DNA of 64,000 nt from Carcharhinus amblyrhynchos. Lineage: Eukaryota. This document shows positions 1 through 12,375 of this stretch, piece by piece. Position numbers and translations under genes: made by a program. Position 1 is the first letter of the stretch, and the number at the start of each line of letters is the position of its first letter. The notes beneath the pieces are model-generated. The model made no database searches, was not told the origin of the DNA, and worked only from the letters and a program-made list of their open reading frames with translations. The DNA is taken from contig OZ336878.1 in NCBI GenBank assembly GCA_965287045.1, positions 96,782,001-96,846,000 on the forward strand, read 5' to 3'.

Positions 1-271
1 TTCACTGAAGGCTGCATGTCTATTGTTACACTAAATAGATAGGTTGATAATTTATAGGTTGATAAGGTCGAAAGTAATCGGGTAATTGTCTGTCCTCGAA
101 GTAAACGGTGACCACCACCAACAAAGTAATCTATTTTTCTCCAGAGAATCATCGATGACCATTTCGTAAATTTCAGACCTGCAGCAGTTCGTTTTACAAT
201 TCAATTAATGGGATCGTTTTATCAAACATGATATCCATAGAGCTAGTCATACTATTTGTTTCCCAGTGTGT

Positions 272-1200
272 TTACTTTGAATATCTGCTCAGTTGCTCTT
301 TATAATTAATTGATTGAATAATTGATCTGATTGGATATTTTACTGCCTTCATGAAGTGCTCTCTGAATATAGACTGTGTTGCACCATAAATAAATGTGTT
401 TGAGCAGCAATTTAAATTCATCAGCATATCGCCCACTCGTACAAATTTATTTAGAAAATCACTGTAATCTGAGAGATTTCTTCCCGTGATAATATATAAT
501 AAGAACTCTATGACATATATTAAACACAGAAGGATGAAACTACCAGATATACTGAAAAGCAAGGTCATGGATTTCCTCCTGCTCTCCATCTCTTGATCAC
601 TGTGTTTCTCTCCCTGATGCTGACTCTTGAGTCCTTTGCGAACTCGACTGGCCAATAACACATGTCTGACTGTCAGAGTGTTAAGCAACAAAATTAACAC
701 GAATGGAATGAATGGAGTTAAAACCTTATCAAACCAATCATAACCGATCCACGCTGGCACAGTGAAATATGCTAACTTTACATAACAGAACCATGGGACG
801 TTGTTGCTTATACCCCCAGGTTCAATGACAAAATAGAAAGATACATCTTTGGAGCACAACAGAATGCCGGTTGTTGTTAGAACTATCCACGTAACCCTTT
901 TGCTGCAATATCTAGTTTTCAGATTCTGGCAGGTAATAACGACAAATCGATTAAAGGTAAACGCTACGGTGAACCACACAGAACAGTCTCTGGCTGCGCG
1001 ACTCAGGGCAAAGATAACACTACATATAGGGGTGATATCCAGGAACGATATTGGGAAGTAATAAGAATTGAGTTGTCTGAGTATGATCTCGGTGAAAGCA
1101 ACCAGTAAATCCGTTGACGCCATGGCAACCGAATAGCGAGTTGTGCAGGTGGAGAGCCCACACTTTCCCTGGGACAGGATTATGATCGCCAATAAATTAA
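272..1200 (-). CDS. GPR139/GPR142-like class A GPCR, paralog 1, exon 2 (TM1 end to C-terminus)
   Basis: ORF 272..1276 reads VNLLAIIILSQGKCGLSTCTTRY...FTVAFTFNRF...ESRRKS...SNTFIY with seven hydrophobic segments. The acceptor 'ttttcttttctaacag' ends at 1201, so the exon starts at 1200 in phase 1; ORF residues upstream of that are intronic. Confidence 0.9.
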
Positions 1201-2989
1201 CTGTTAGAAAAGAAAATTGAAATAAGGTAAATGTATTCCTCTGCGTGATGCCATGCAGAAAAGGGCTAAATTTCAATAATTAACAACAGTGCTTTAAGAT
1301 GGGGATGTATCTTTAATTGAAAAACTCTGCAGGTCCCTGAGTCCCTTTTACCTGCTCAGTTTGTAGTTAAGAAAAGTGGAGCATTGGTGAACGTTAGCAA
1401 CACCCAGTATTGGTTGCCACATTCTTATGGTGAAGATGGTGGCAGTGTTTCGATCAGTTTTTTTTTTCAAGTTTAAAAATGGCATGGTGCATTTTTGCCT
1501 ATTTGGGACAGTAATCCCAGTAGCCGCGCAAAATCGTCACTTTAACAAACTCCCTATTCATATGATGCTAACACGACATATACTTACTGGTTTATTGAAC
1601 TTGAGAAATAATAAGTCAGACAAATAAAAGATCGGCCAAACTGTGAGGTCTGCAAAGATCGGACCACTCAACACACGTCCACTAAATTATAAGTGGGTCA
1701 GACTATCTGATTTCTTGCTGTTTGTTTCATATTCCTGAAGCCCAAAAGAAAGTCATTCCCATTGAGCGGACTGGGTTGCAGGGTTGGAACGTGTCAAGGA
1801 CAAACAAAGCTGGTACAGACAATTTGGAAATTTGAAAACGGTAAAATCATCTGACTAAACTGTTTGGATTTGTGCTATGCATGCATAGGAATTATGTCAA
1901 ATGAACTGATCATAACATCTGTTAGATGCATCCCACTATTAGGTCAAGTATATAGCAATTTTAATTTTTCAGCTCCTGTTATCGCCTTTTTCTGAAGTAA
2001 AATTAACTCCAAATCAACATTCATTCAACTTCACATCGATCACACATCATTCCCTCCTCTTCTTCATTCGCTCGATTGAATAGGATTACCCAAAAAATCC
2101 ATGTTCTTTCTTAACGTTTGATTGCCACTGCAGAGTAAACAAGATATTAATGTTGCAGCAGTTCCAAATATATCCTGGATACATTAGGAACTTGCGCAAG
2201 GAAGAGAAAGGCCCTTCACAGACAGCCACTGAAACCATCACTTTCGGAACTGAGGAGTGTATTTTAAGACTATTTATTTTCAACGCAAGAGAAAAACAAG
2301 AAATAATCACAACGTCTCCACATCAGGTAAAATCTAAGTAGGCTCTCGAGGTTGCCACTTTTCTGCCACTACTTTAGAAGGAAACGTGTCCGAAACAGAT
2401 AGAATTCACAGCAGATGTGGTCAATGAAGGGTGCGTCCGTCTATAACTCCACCAGTAGACACAGAGAAGGACAATAAGGCCTGCCTGTTATGCATGCCCC
2501 GTCTTGCCATTGCATTATGCACCAATAGAGCATTCCTCGATGGAGTAGGCATTATTGCAAAGCTATCATAGACCGTTGTGCATCTCTGTATGAGAAAATT
2601 GAGAGCGCTATTACAGGAAGGGGACTTCATCATGTACTTTTAAGCCGATATAATCATGGGAGCCGAATGTTATTTGCCATGGACAAGATATTGGTAATGT
2701 TGTTTAAAACGATGAGTTGTTCACACTTGGCTTTGAATCCTACTGTAACGAAATAGGCTCTGATACGTCGAATGCGCCCTTGGTGCCCGCAATATGCACA
2801 GAAATTTTGCTGCTAAGGCAGGACCCACGAAACTTTAGACTGTCCCAGTGAACTTTCGACACCATATCCATTCGATCACAATTGGCATGCTGTTGACATT
2901 GGAACAAGGATATATTGAAATACCCTTGCTGATTACTCTCCTCTGCAACTCGAACACAGATGGACAATATGAATGAAATGAGTGTTGTG

Positions 2990-3950
2990 CTGCCACAGGT
3001 GCACTATGGAAAGCAGCATGGCGTTGGTGAAAAATAATGTTGCTCTGTGGTAGGGAGAAATGTAGGTTTTGTACGATGTGTATATGTATAAAAACAGTTC
3101 TGTTTTTTTGGTGCGTTTAATTGTATGTCTTTATGACGGAAGGAACGTATTGTCTGATTAATATTACAGAAATGTGGTTGTATGTGTGTGGGTTTGTTTC
3201 AATCCCCATTGGGAGTCAACTGCTTTTCGAAAGTTATGGTCCTTGTTTGGTCTGGTGAAACAATCTTTCTCTGTTCTTTATTTATTTTCCCAGTAAGCTA
3301 AAAGTTGTTTCGGGTGGGCCTTGGGACATGAATAATATGTATTTCAGCCACGAGAAGATGGACAGGAAGATCAAAGTGCAGGTTTCCAAATAAACAAGAT
3401 AGTTCAGATAATATATAAAGTAAAAGTTACAGTTATTTGAGCCAGGCATCAATTATGGGATCTCCTCGTCCAGTTATCAAAACCATTCGGATCTTAACAA
3501 TATTGGGAGCTTTTGTGTTGTTGCCTGAGAAAGTGATGTTGAATGTGATTGTCGTAATTTGTTGTAAAGTTTTGAAATGTGGAAAGCAAAGCAGTGAGGC
3601 TCAAAAGTAAAACTTGTTTTGGGATCAATTGTTCCCTTCTATTTTTTGTTCAACGTACTGATTTCAATGGAAAATAAAGCAACTTCAGTGCAATGCAATT
3701 GATGAATTTCCACTGGGTAGATCCTTTGGTGAAACTGTAGCGGCGAAGAAACTTTAGTTGATTCGTCCTCTAGAAACCGTTATTTCGCAAGTTTTTTTCT
3801 TAATTTAGAGAACGAAATTTAATGGGTCCAATGCGTGAACTTGCAATTTAGTTCCATGGCAACAAGGTCAACACCTCCTCACAGCTTCATAGAAGCTTCA
3901 TATGGCTCAGGCGTGACTATGTCTTTGTGGTAGGTGTTCACATCGGGAAA
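2990..3950 (+). mobile_element. Possible degenerate LTR-like element in the paralog 1 intron
   Basis: TG-starting, GT-rich non-coding block with internal AATAAA, resembling solo LTRs; termini and TSD not resolved. Confidence 0.2.
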
Positions 3951-4867
3951 GCTATAAGGGTTATTCCCGGGACGTTAAAAGTAACACAGGCATAACTGAT
4001 TGTTATTGAAACATGTGTTGAACACCATGACCTTCGCAGAGGAATAAAAAACAAATCTGCTTCAAAGAAACCCGCGAAATTATCAAACAACCCCATTACA
4101 AAATGCTGCTTAAAAATGCATTCACCCTTCTGAAAAGCCACAAACTGGAAACTTGCGATGGCGCACCTCGTTATTCACTACAAATATCATCAAATGCAAA
4201 GTTGTTAATTATTTGAGTGGTATGGTTCGATGTTTGAAATTTCTGCGGTAAGCCTGGAAAAAGCCACAAATACATGTGTCCAGGTCAAGGAACGTGAGGA
4301 ATCCTGCACCACAAGTGAAAATGACAGCTTCTTAAAATTGGATCGCCCATTTATTGAACCTCTGCCCTGAGAGGCCATTTTTGGCATCAGTTGCACTGTT
4401 TCGGCTGAAGTTAGTGATTGCTTCTTAATCTTAATATTAAACTTTAACTACACGCATTTTAGCTAAACGAAAAAAAAGTATGTATCATTGAGAACACCCA
4501 TCTTAAAACGCCAATAAATACAAAGCATTTCAGTAAACTATATTTAAAAAGACTACCCCTGATTGCTGGATGGAATGACCAGTCAACGGAGATATGAAAA
4601 TGAATTGATTCCATTCAAGCTCATGTCAGCGCAGAGTACAAAATTTTCTTTAATATGCTGAGAAGCGCATCAAATATTTCACTGTAGCCGCAGACGAAGA
4701 GTCAGTGCAGCTTTCCAGTGAATGGATTCCCAATGACAAAAGGATATTAAGGCCAGGTATGCCACTATGTACAGTGAAAAACATTTGGTAAAATTCCACA
4801 ATTTAGAAGCTCCCATTGATAAATCGACTCTACGATCAGATTGAACAGCAAATGCATTTTCTTCTCA

Positions 4868-4972
4868 TAACAATAATAATAATTGTTGTTGTTGTTGTTG
4901 ATGATGATGATGATGATGTTGATATTGTTCTAATGCTTGTTCTTCTTCCTCATCATCTCCTTCTTATAATTA
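4868..4972. repeat. Compound trinucleotide microsatellite (ATA)n(GTT)n(GAT)n..(CTT/CAT)
   Basis: caataataataattgttgttgttgttgttgatgatgatgatgatgatgtt read directly. Confidence 0.9.
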
Positions 4973-6503
4973 TTAAAATGCGCTTATTGGATACCCACTT
5001 GGCTGAAAAGGCATAATTTGTTGTTCATAGTTAAACGCATTTGCGATGTGTTCGATTGCAATCATTTTGAATAGATGCAGCCAGTATAGTGAAGGTATTG
5101 CCGCATTGCTGTTAGGAATTGAATTCGTATAGCTGCACTCTGGTGCTTCAATTGTACTTTGAAATGACTGTCGGTTTGGATGCTGCTCTCCAAGTAGACT
5201 TTGCGAGTGCACTTGTGCGTCCTCTGCATCCAGTAAAGTGTTACCATAGCGAGTCAATTGTGAAGGAAGCAAAACACTCAGGTGGCAATGGTATGACAAT
5301 TAGGCGGACTTCACATTCACTCCTTGAGTGTTTTGAATGTGCACTGATTCAACTAACTGTTGACGAATCTGTCAATCTCATCAGCTTCCCGAGCTGTGCG
5401 TTGTAGATTGTAGAGAAGTGTTTGGAAGGGACAAGATAATTTATTCACCTCAAAATTCATTGTCTTCATATCCTCTTGTTGGTACTTACACGATTGACTA
5501 GTTCAGCTCCTGTCAAATGTTTAGCGCCTGGATAATGATAGCAGGATGATCAGCGACAGTAAAGGAGATAAATGTCAATGGGAACTGGTTCAGAATATCT
5601 ATTGTTCGAGATGATTATTACATTGGCACCTGTGACGTGAATAGATATTGGCACTCAATCACCCAATACTGAATGTACTTCAAATCTACTTCAGGACCTG
5701 AAGAATAAGGGATTGTGTTGACTATGATGTTCATTTGCAGTGGGTATCTAACTTTTGAAATGTAAATATACGCAAAGTTATTGAAACGAGCTTGGACCGG
5801 ATTGAAAGAGTGAGATTATCCTGGAACAATATCATCGGACTTAAATGACTGACCTCCAAAAACACAAGAATTATCCTTTGTCCGACGTTTGACGCCAAGA
5901 ATCAAACATCTCCCACTCTAATTCACGTTGACCTCAAATTTGTCAGAGCACCTTGTTGCCACGCAAGCCCAAATGTTGTCCCTTTCTTCGGAGAAAACAT
6001 TTTCACATCAGTTGACTTCTGCGGTCTATTTTGGCGATTGGATAGATTTTTGTCGTATAATTTCCGTTCTACTTCTGATCAAGAATACGTTTATGGACCA
6101 GCGAATACCGTGTTGTATTTCTCCAGCGTTTTGCAGCTAGGGCGTGCCTAGGCAATTTTACGTATTGTAGCAGTATGCTTTTGCAGTAGCTGCACTGAAA
6201 CAGTTTCTGCTGACTACCTGTATATCAAATCCTCAGTAATATTCCAGGTCTGTAATCCAGCAATATTGGCAGTGTATATTCAGGGATCACAGCGATTATA
6301 GTGCCCAATAATTCGACAAAAGACAGTTATTTGGTAATTATGTGGTACTACTAAATACAACTTCATATACTCGGGACTTTTGGTCAAACAAAATTATCTC
6401 ACCAATCGATCTATATACGGCAATGAGCAAGTGATACATTCACTCGTAGAATAAACCTAAGGCCAACATACGGAATCGCAAATTAAAAACTGTAATAACT
6501 TAC

Positions 6504-6566
6504 CCGGAACGCCGATAAAGCAAGAATTAGATAATACAACTTCTCAACGGCATAAAGTGTCTCCAT
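6504..6566 (-). CDS. Paralog 1 exon 1 (METLYAVEKLYYLILA..IGVP), apparently frameshifted by 1 bp
   Basis: ATG at 6566-6564 and the end ATC GGC GTT CCG G|gtaagt match the exon 1 end of paralogs 2 and 3. Length is 63 nt, but a phase-1 junction needs 3n+1. Confidence 0.8.
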
Positions 6567-6655
6567 GATGTTCCGGCTCAAATGAGCTGCACCTCCGTGT
6601 TCCATTCAAACTATGTCAATTAAAAACGAAGCTAACGTATTGCCAGTGCCTTTGG

Positions 6656-6683
6656 TTTATACTATGAGGAATCTCCATGAGGA
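6656..6683 (-). promoter_or_regulatory. Putative core promoter of paralog 1 (TCCTCATGGAGATT-N8-TATAAA)
   Basis: TATAAA on minus at 6656-6661, about 90 bp upstream of the ATG, preceded by a motif resembling the one upstream of paralog 2. Confidence 0.45.
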
Positions 6684-7529
6684 CATTAGCCTTGCAAAAT
6701 CTACCTAATACAATCATCTGCTGTTGCTTATTTTTTTTTGAAAAACAAGAGTTCATGACAGCAAAACGTCGATAGAGTCTTGGCAGTGTTTATTGTGCAC
6801 CGAGATTTAATTCATCATTGTAACGATTGGTCAATTCTGAGCACATCAGCATAATAAAGTTCCAGATTTTGTGTTTCCCTGTCAGGCATTCTTGCCTGAA
6901 TGAATGTATAAAACGCTGTATTAAAACTAGCAATAGAGAATACAGCTTTAATAGCCATGCTAATCTGGAGATAACCACTCGACTACTCAAACTAAGGCAA
7001 CATCACAATCTGATGCAGCACAATAAAGGAATAGTGAGTAATTCCAAATCCGGTGTTTTTTCTTGTTTGTCATATGCCCTCCGTATGCGTGTTGCCGTAT
7101 GTGACTAAACACTGTTGATTTATATTTCACGAAGCCCGCATTGCCAGTTGTATCCACATGGCAGATCATATTCTGATGTCAACGATTCATGTCAGATTGG
7201 ATCTTAGTTTAGCACATTTTCTAAGTGTTTACCCATGCATTTTGCCATGTCCACAAACACTCTCATCCTGTTACCATCAAATGTCCACAATACGATCTGT
7301 TACAGGATATCACTGCCTGAAAAAAAAACTCTGACAGTACGTTACTACAGCACAAACTCATTTGCCTGCTATCCAGTTTTCCACTCAGTTGAGTCTTGCC
7401 AATTCAATGTTCTTATTTGAGACTGGTAAATCGTCTTGATGGTGAAACTATAACAGCCATGAACTATTAGCTACCACGCAAGCACTCCCAGCAGATGAAT
7501 TTTCGTTGCAATCGAGATGTTATAGTTTA

Positions 7530-7826
7530 TTCGTTTAATTATTTATCATTATGTCACAAATAGGGTTAACACTGCAATGAAGTTGCAGCGTAAATCCAAT
7601 TGTCGGGCACTTGTTCGGATACATTGAGTTTTTTTTTCCACAGCCGCCAATGCACCTAACCAGCATGTCTTGAGGCTATACGAGGAATCAAGAGCACCCG
7701 GACGAAACGCAAGCAGCCACTGGGAGAGTGTTCAAACTCCGCGCAGGCAGCACTCAAGCCAGGAATCGAACCGGGGTCCCTGCCGCAGTGAAGTAGCAGT
7801 GCTAACCACAGGGCCACCGCGCCGCC
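7530..7826 (-). mobile_element. tRNA-derived SINE (shark HE1-like)
   Basis: Minus strand begins ggcggcgcggtggccctgtggttagcactgct (A box) ... ccccggttcgattcc (B box), followed by the typical core. Confidence 0.8.
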
Positions 7827-10369
7827 GAAAATTCTCCCAATAATCTGAGAAGTCACGTCATAATAGCACTGCACAAGGAGCACGCCGAATTTATGAGGTG
7901 CAATTTGTATCGTGCAAATATGTTCCAAGATAGCGGAACGTTTCATCAGTTTCAAACGGAGCTCCATTCATCAGATTTTTGCAGGTTTTTTCTCACATTT
8001 CTTCCTAACACTTCCCGAGTCAATATTGATCAGGGCACTCTACCACAGTTAAATCGATCAATTGGCTCCTGCGGTTCCCTAAACATGTGAGGTCGCACAA
8101 TAATGTAACCATTACCCTGAATAGTCGAAACTATTTGTCTACCAATCGGTATATCTCCCTGATCTAAATAAGCTGCCATCTCATCGCAATTTCTGTTCAG
8201 ATCTTTCACACATATGCAGAGAGGGTTTGGTGCATTTATGACTCTGAAACAAACTGAGATGATTTCAGAAACGCTGATCAGCAACTCATTGCTTGCCACA
8301 ACGCTTGGCGAGCAAATCAAGTAAAAAGAAATGACTACTCTATAGGCCGAAGGGCTGCAGACTGCAATTTTGTGAGTTGCATTTTATTTAGGCCTTTCCC
8401 TTGATGTTTAGGACATGCTGAACGTTCCGATTCACTTTATATTTAATATTATTCTGTAGACATATATCAGGACACATGTATTGTGGTGTTTTGATAAATT
8501 AATCAAATCAATCAATACCGACATATTCGTCCACACCTACGTTTTACGTAAAGTTGTTATGCAGTTAATAATCAATCTGCATATTTGCTTCACATTTTTC
8601 ATGCTAGACTATTACTTTGAGTTACGTTTCTCTTTGTCAGCAGGCTTCTTGTTCCACATTTTGTCAAATTTGCACTGCACGCCAAATCTGCGCGAAATCT
8701 GATACCTCACGTTTAGTGGTCACTTGAAGTTTCGAAAGATTAAGCTTCACTGTAGGAAATAATAACTGAATCATGGCAGATGAGAAATCATAACTGTTGC
8801 ATACGTAACGGGGACATTGCGACCACAGCGGAGTCCAGCAGTCCCTGTGAAAGAAATGAAAGGAGGTGTGATTTGTTTTAGGGATGATTGCACCAGCAAA
8901 CAAGCATAATTTGGCTTTTCATGACACATTCGCAGGAATGCTTCCACGTCCTACGCCGGACACCATAGCCAGAGTGAGTGGAAAATTTGCCGCTCAGCCA
9001 AATCTCAATTCTTACTTACGGTGGGAGGAAAGAGTGCAAGGCAAGTGGTGGAGCGGGGTGGAGCGAGGCGGTGGGAGGGAGGAGGGGATGTTGTGGAGGC
9101 GCGGATATTCACAACGACGCTTCGGGACAGAGGGCCATACATTTTGTGAATTGGATTATTCCAGACTGGGAAAAAAACGAAGTTTAGGATACCGCCTCTA
9201 CAGTGGCAACCATTTAAAAATAACTGTATTTATGGGCTGCTTTATGTTGCTGAGTGAAATGTTTAAATATTCAGTGGTAGGCGGAAATTTCCCCAATTGG
9301 AGGGGTGGGGAGGGGTTGGTGGGCTAACTTCTCAGAGGTAGGTTTCTCATGAAGGAGGCGACGTGCCATTTGCCGAGTGCAGGATCTTCGCCTGTGGCGT
9401 GGGGTCAATTCGATTCCGTGGTGTTTCTCCGGACTCGTTAGCCCTCGGCAGGATTTGTATTGGCCCGAAAAAATCGGATGTCGACATAAAACGGGTTTGG
9501 CCTCGGGCGTCACCCCAGTTTCAATGCTCTTAGCCGGTCATATCAGCCCGAGTCAGTTTTTTTAGCCTAGAACTGGAGGGAACCCAATGAATATTCGAAG
9601 TGCATGTTTTAAATCTGATTCGCGGAGTTGAGCCTCAACTGAATTTCCTTCCTTTATTCACCTGTTTCGTGGACTACCAGGGGGTTCATCGATAAAAATG
9701 CAGTGCCCATGTGCCCTCTGGCGCTGCCAGCTGCAAGAGGGAAGGCTCACCCCGGGCCATAGGGGCTTTGGAGGGCTGGGCTATGAAAGTCTCCCCTTGG
9801 ATACGTGTCTCGTGGCTAGATTGGCGATTTTTGACCCAGGAAACTCCAACACCAATCCAGGCTGATGGCAGCTCACAGTGAAAATAGTACACAGACACCA
9901 GAAATAACGACTTGGAGAAATAATAGTAAAGATTCATTAAATTAATTAAAATTAACCAACGAGGAACAGCAAAGGTTGGAAGACAAGGTAAGTAAATGCT
10001 TCCTATTGACAAGTTCCCCAAATTCCAAGAAGCGCAATATTACTCGTTACCCTTCTTTCATGGAGTTTTTCTGCTCTAAAGACAACTGTTGACTCGTCGG
10101 CACGCAATTATTGCAATTAGCTAGACATTGAAGAAGCATTCGAAGATGAATCGTATCTATTGCTATTGATCAGTGTTATCACATTTTGAAACTTCCAAGA
10201 GACCAAAATATCTTTTTTTTCATTACATCTCCCAAGTGAACTATATAAAAATTTTTTTTTTCAATCATGATGCTAGAATATTGAAGCTGAAGGTATGAAT
10301 TTAGATTCATACACGGTGCACATATTTGGGAAGGTTTGCCAATATCTCGATCTCTGATGCATCAACAGA

Positions 10370-10678
10370 GGCAGCACGGTGCCACAGCGGCTAACACTGC
10401 TGCCTCAAAGTGGCAAGCCCCCGGTTTCGATTTCCGGTTTAGGTCAATGTCTATGTGGAGTGTGCACATTCTCCCCGTGTCGGTATGGTTTCCACTGGGT
10501 GCTCTGCAGTCAAAAGAGATGTGGGTTAAGATGATTTGCCATGCCAAATTGGCCATAGTATCGGCGATAAGAAGGTAAAATATAAGGGTTTACAGGAATA
10601 GGGCCTGGGTGGGTTTGTGGTCAATGCAGACTCAATGGTTCGAGTGGCCTTTTTTCTGCACTGAAGGGATTCTATGCT
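10370..10678 (+). mobile_element. tRNA-derived SINE (HE1-like) with CR1-type tail
   Basis: gcagcacggtgccacagcggctaacactgctgcctca...ccggtttcgatttccgg...gcacattctccccgtgtc...gcagactcaatggttcgagtggcct...gggattctatg. Confidence 0.85.
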
Positions 10679-11439
10679 TACAAGAAAAGTTTTCGAACAT
10701 ACTTGATTTATATAATGCAAAGCATAAATAAAGAGAGCTAAATGTCTTGTACTGAGATGTGGACACATAGAAAGTAAGATAGTAATTTTCTCTGTTTAGG
10801 CAATACTCTCGAAAAGCAAGTAAGCTACATTTCAAGAGGTGTAAATAAGGCATCTGTCGATGTAAACAACAAATTAACATTTTGGTGCAAATTGATTGAT
10901 TCCAATGTCAGTTGTAAGGAACACTGAAAAAAAATATAAACTGTGACGTATCACACTTACATTTAATCAAGTGCATCCAAAAGCTCATAATGGGAAATGG
11001 GAACGTCGGTTTGGAGTGATGTAAGTGTTTCCCTTTAGATATGAGGTGAGCAGTTGTGTAAAATACAGTTACATAACATCCCCAGAGTAGTGTGATCAAC
11101 TACTGAAGAAAAATTATTCACTTGAAAGAAAAAAAGAATGTTCCAAGAAGAATTATAATACAATACGGCATTCAGGGATACTAATGGTCATACAAACATT
11201 ATTCTTCAATTAAAGTATCCCAAACTATATACATTTGCCTTAACCCTGAGATATCCCATTTACTCAGCCACATCCTTTAATAACAAAAAACGAGATAAAC
11301 CTAGCAAATGAAAATCACAACCAAGTTAAGTCGGTCACGACTGTTAGGTAGTCTTCTTGTGCAACGAAACTGAAATACAACTTCTTCTATCGAGATTCTG
11401 TAGCCCGAGTACTTTGATCTGGCCCGTGCCTTGGATTAA

Positions 11440-11582
11440 CATAGAACATAGAACACTACTTCACAAACAGGACCTTCGGCCCATGTCCGATCATATCTTT
11501 ACCTACCAGGCCTATCTCTAACCCTTAATCCCATTAAATCCCATGTACAAATCCCTCAATCCCATTAACTCCCATGTACTCA
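11440..11582 (-). mobile_element. CR1 3' tail remnant with a short internal duplication
   Basis: catagaacatagaaca tail, cttcggccc, then aatcccattaa(a/c)tcccatgtac twice. Confidence 0.6.
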
Positions 11583-12174
11583 TCGCTCCATTCTTCCTGC
11601 ATTGAAATGAGATTAAACAAGCACCTGAATTCGCCCTTCTCTATTGCATGGTAGCGGGGCTTGCAAGACTGGAGAATTGTAGCCAAAGGCTGCAACTGCC
11701 TGTCATTTTGATGTTTGTTGACACCATGTTATCCACAATGTTCTACATTTCAACCATTTTTCACCCTTTGATTTTAATGACCATAGATTCGACATTTGAC
11801 ATGTCTGTGCGAATGTTTTTTATCTCTCCACTTTGATTTTTCCGCTTCTACAGCCTTATTGCTTTCCTTTTTGTCACGTGTCCAAAATGCATGTTTTCCA
11901 CTCACAGGATGATTTCCATGGCATGATTTCTCCAGCTGTGTGCGTCTAACCAATTCCTCGATTTCACTCTGTTACTTCTTATATCATAATTCATACGATG
12001 CTGTGTAGCCCCATTTTTGACACCAGCCTGTCTGTTGTAGTTGGCAAGGACGAGAGTGTTGTGGATCCCCAATAGAATGTAGGGTTAAGTCAAGGTCTGT
12101 AAATTGTGATTTTTCAGGAGGCAAAAAGAAATCGTGCCATCAAGTAGCCAAAGGCAACATTGGTCAAGGAATAA

Positions 12175-12375
12175 CTAAAAATGCAGGAAAATCTCGGAAT
12201 GCCTGACAACAGCTAGAGTGAGGGAATAGAGCCAACATTTCTTCACAGCTGACGCGTCGTCCAGCATCAAAAATATGGTTATTTATCTTTTCTGTCTCCA
12301 TGGGTGCTGTCAGACCTGTTGAGATTTTCCTGTGATTTTTTTTTGGTTCGTATTCCAGCATCGGCAGTTTTTGTT
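12175..12375. mobile_element. Degenerate Penelope-derived inverted-repeat element
   Basis: aaaaatgcaggaaaatctc...ctgacaaca pairs with tgctgtcagacctgttgagattttcctgtgattttt, followed by ttccagcatcggcagttttt. Confidence 0.55.

Noticed and set aside
1201-1276. N-terminus MKFSPFLHG... of the 334-aa ORF as a single-exon gene start
   Set aside because: Starts at a non-ATG codon, spans a polypyrimidine tract and AG acceptor, and a homologous exon 1 exists at 6504-6566.
4816-5016. ORF with poly-I/V/D runs (also the Leu-rich ORF 51953-52201)
   Set aside because: Translations of trinucleotide microsatellites.
7740-7826. tRNA gene (also at 10370 and 57480)
   Set aside because: A and B boxes continue into SINE core and tail sequence, and no full cloverleaf is evident.
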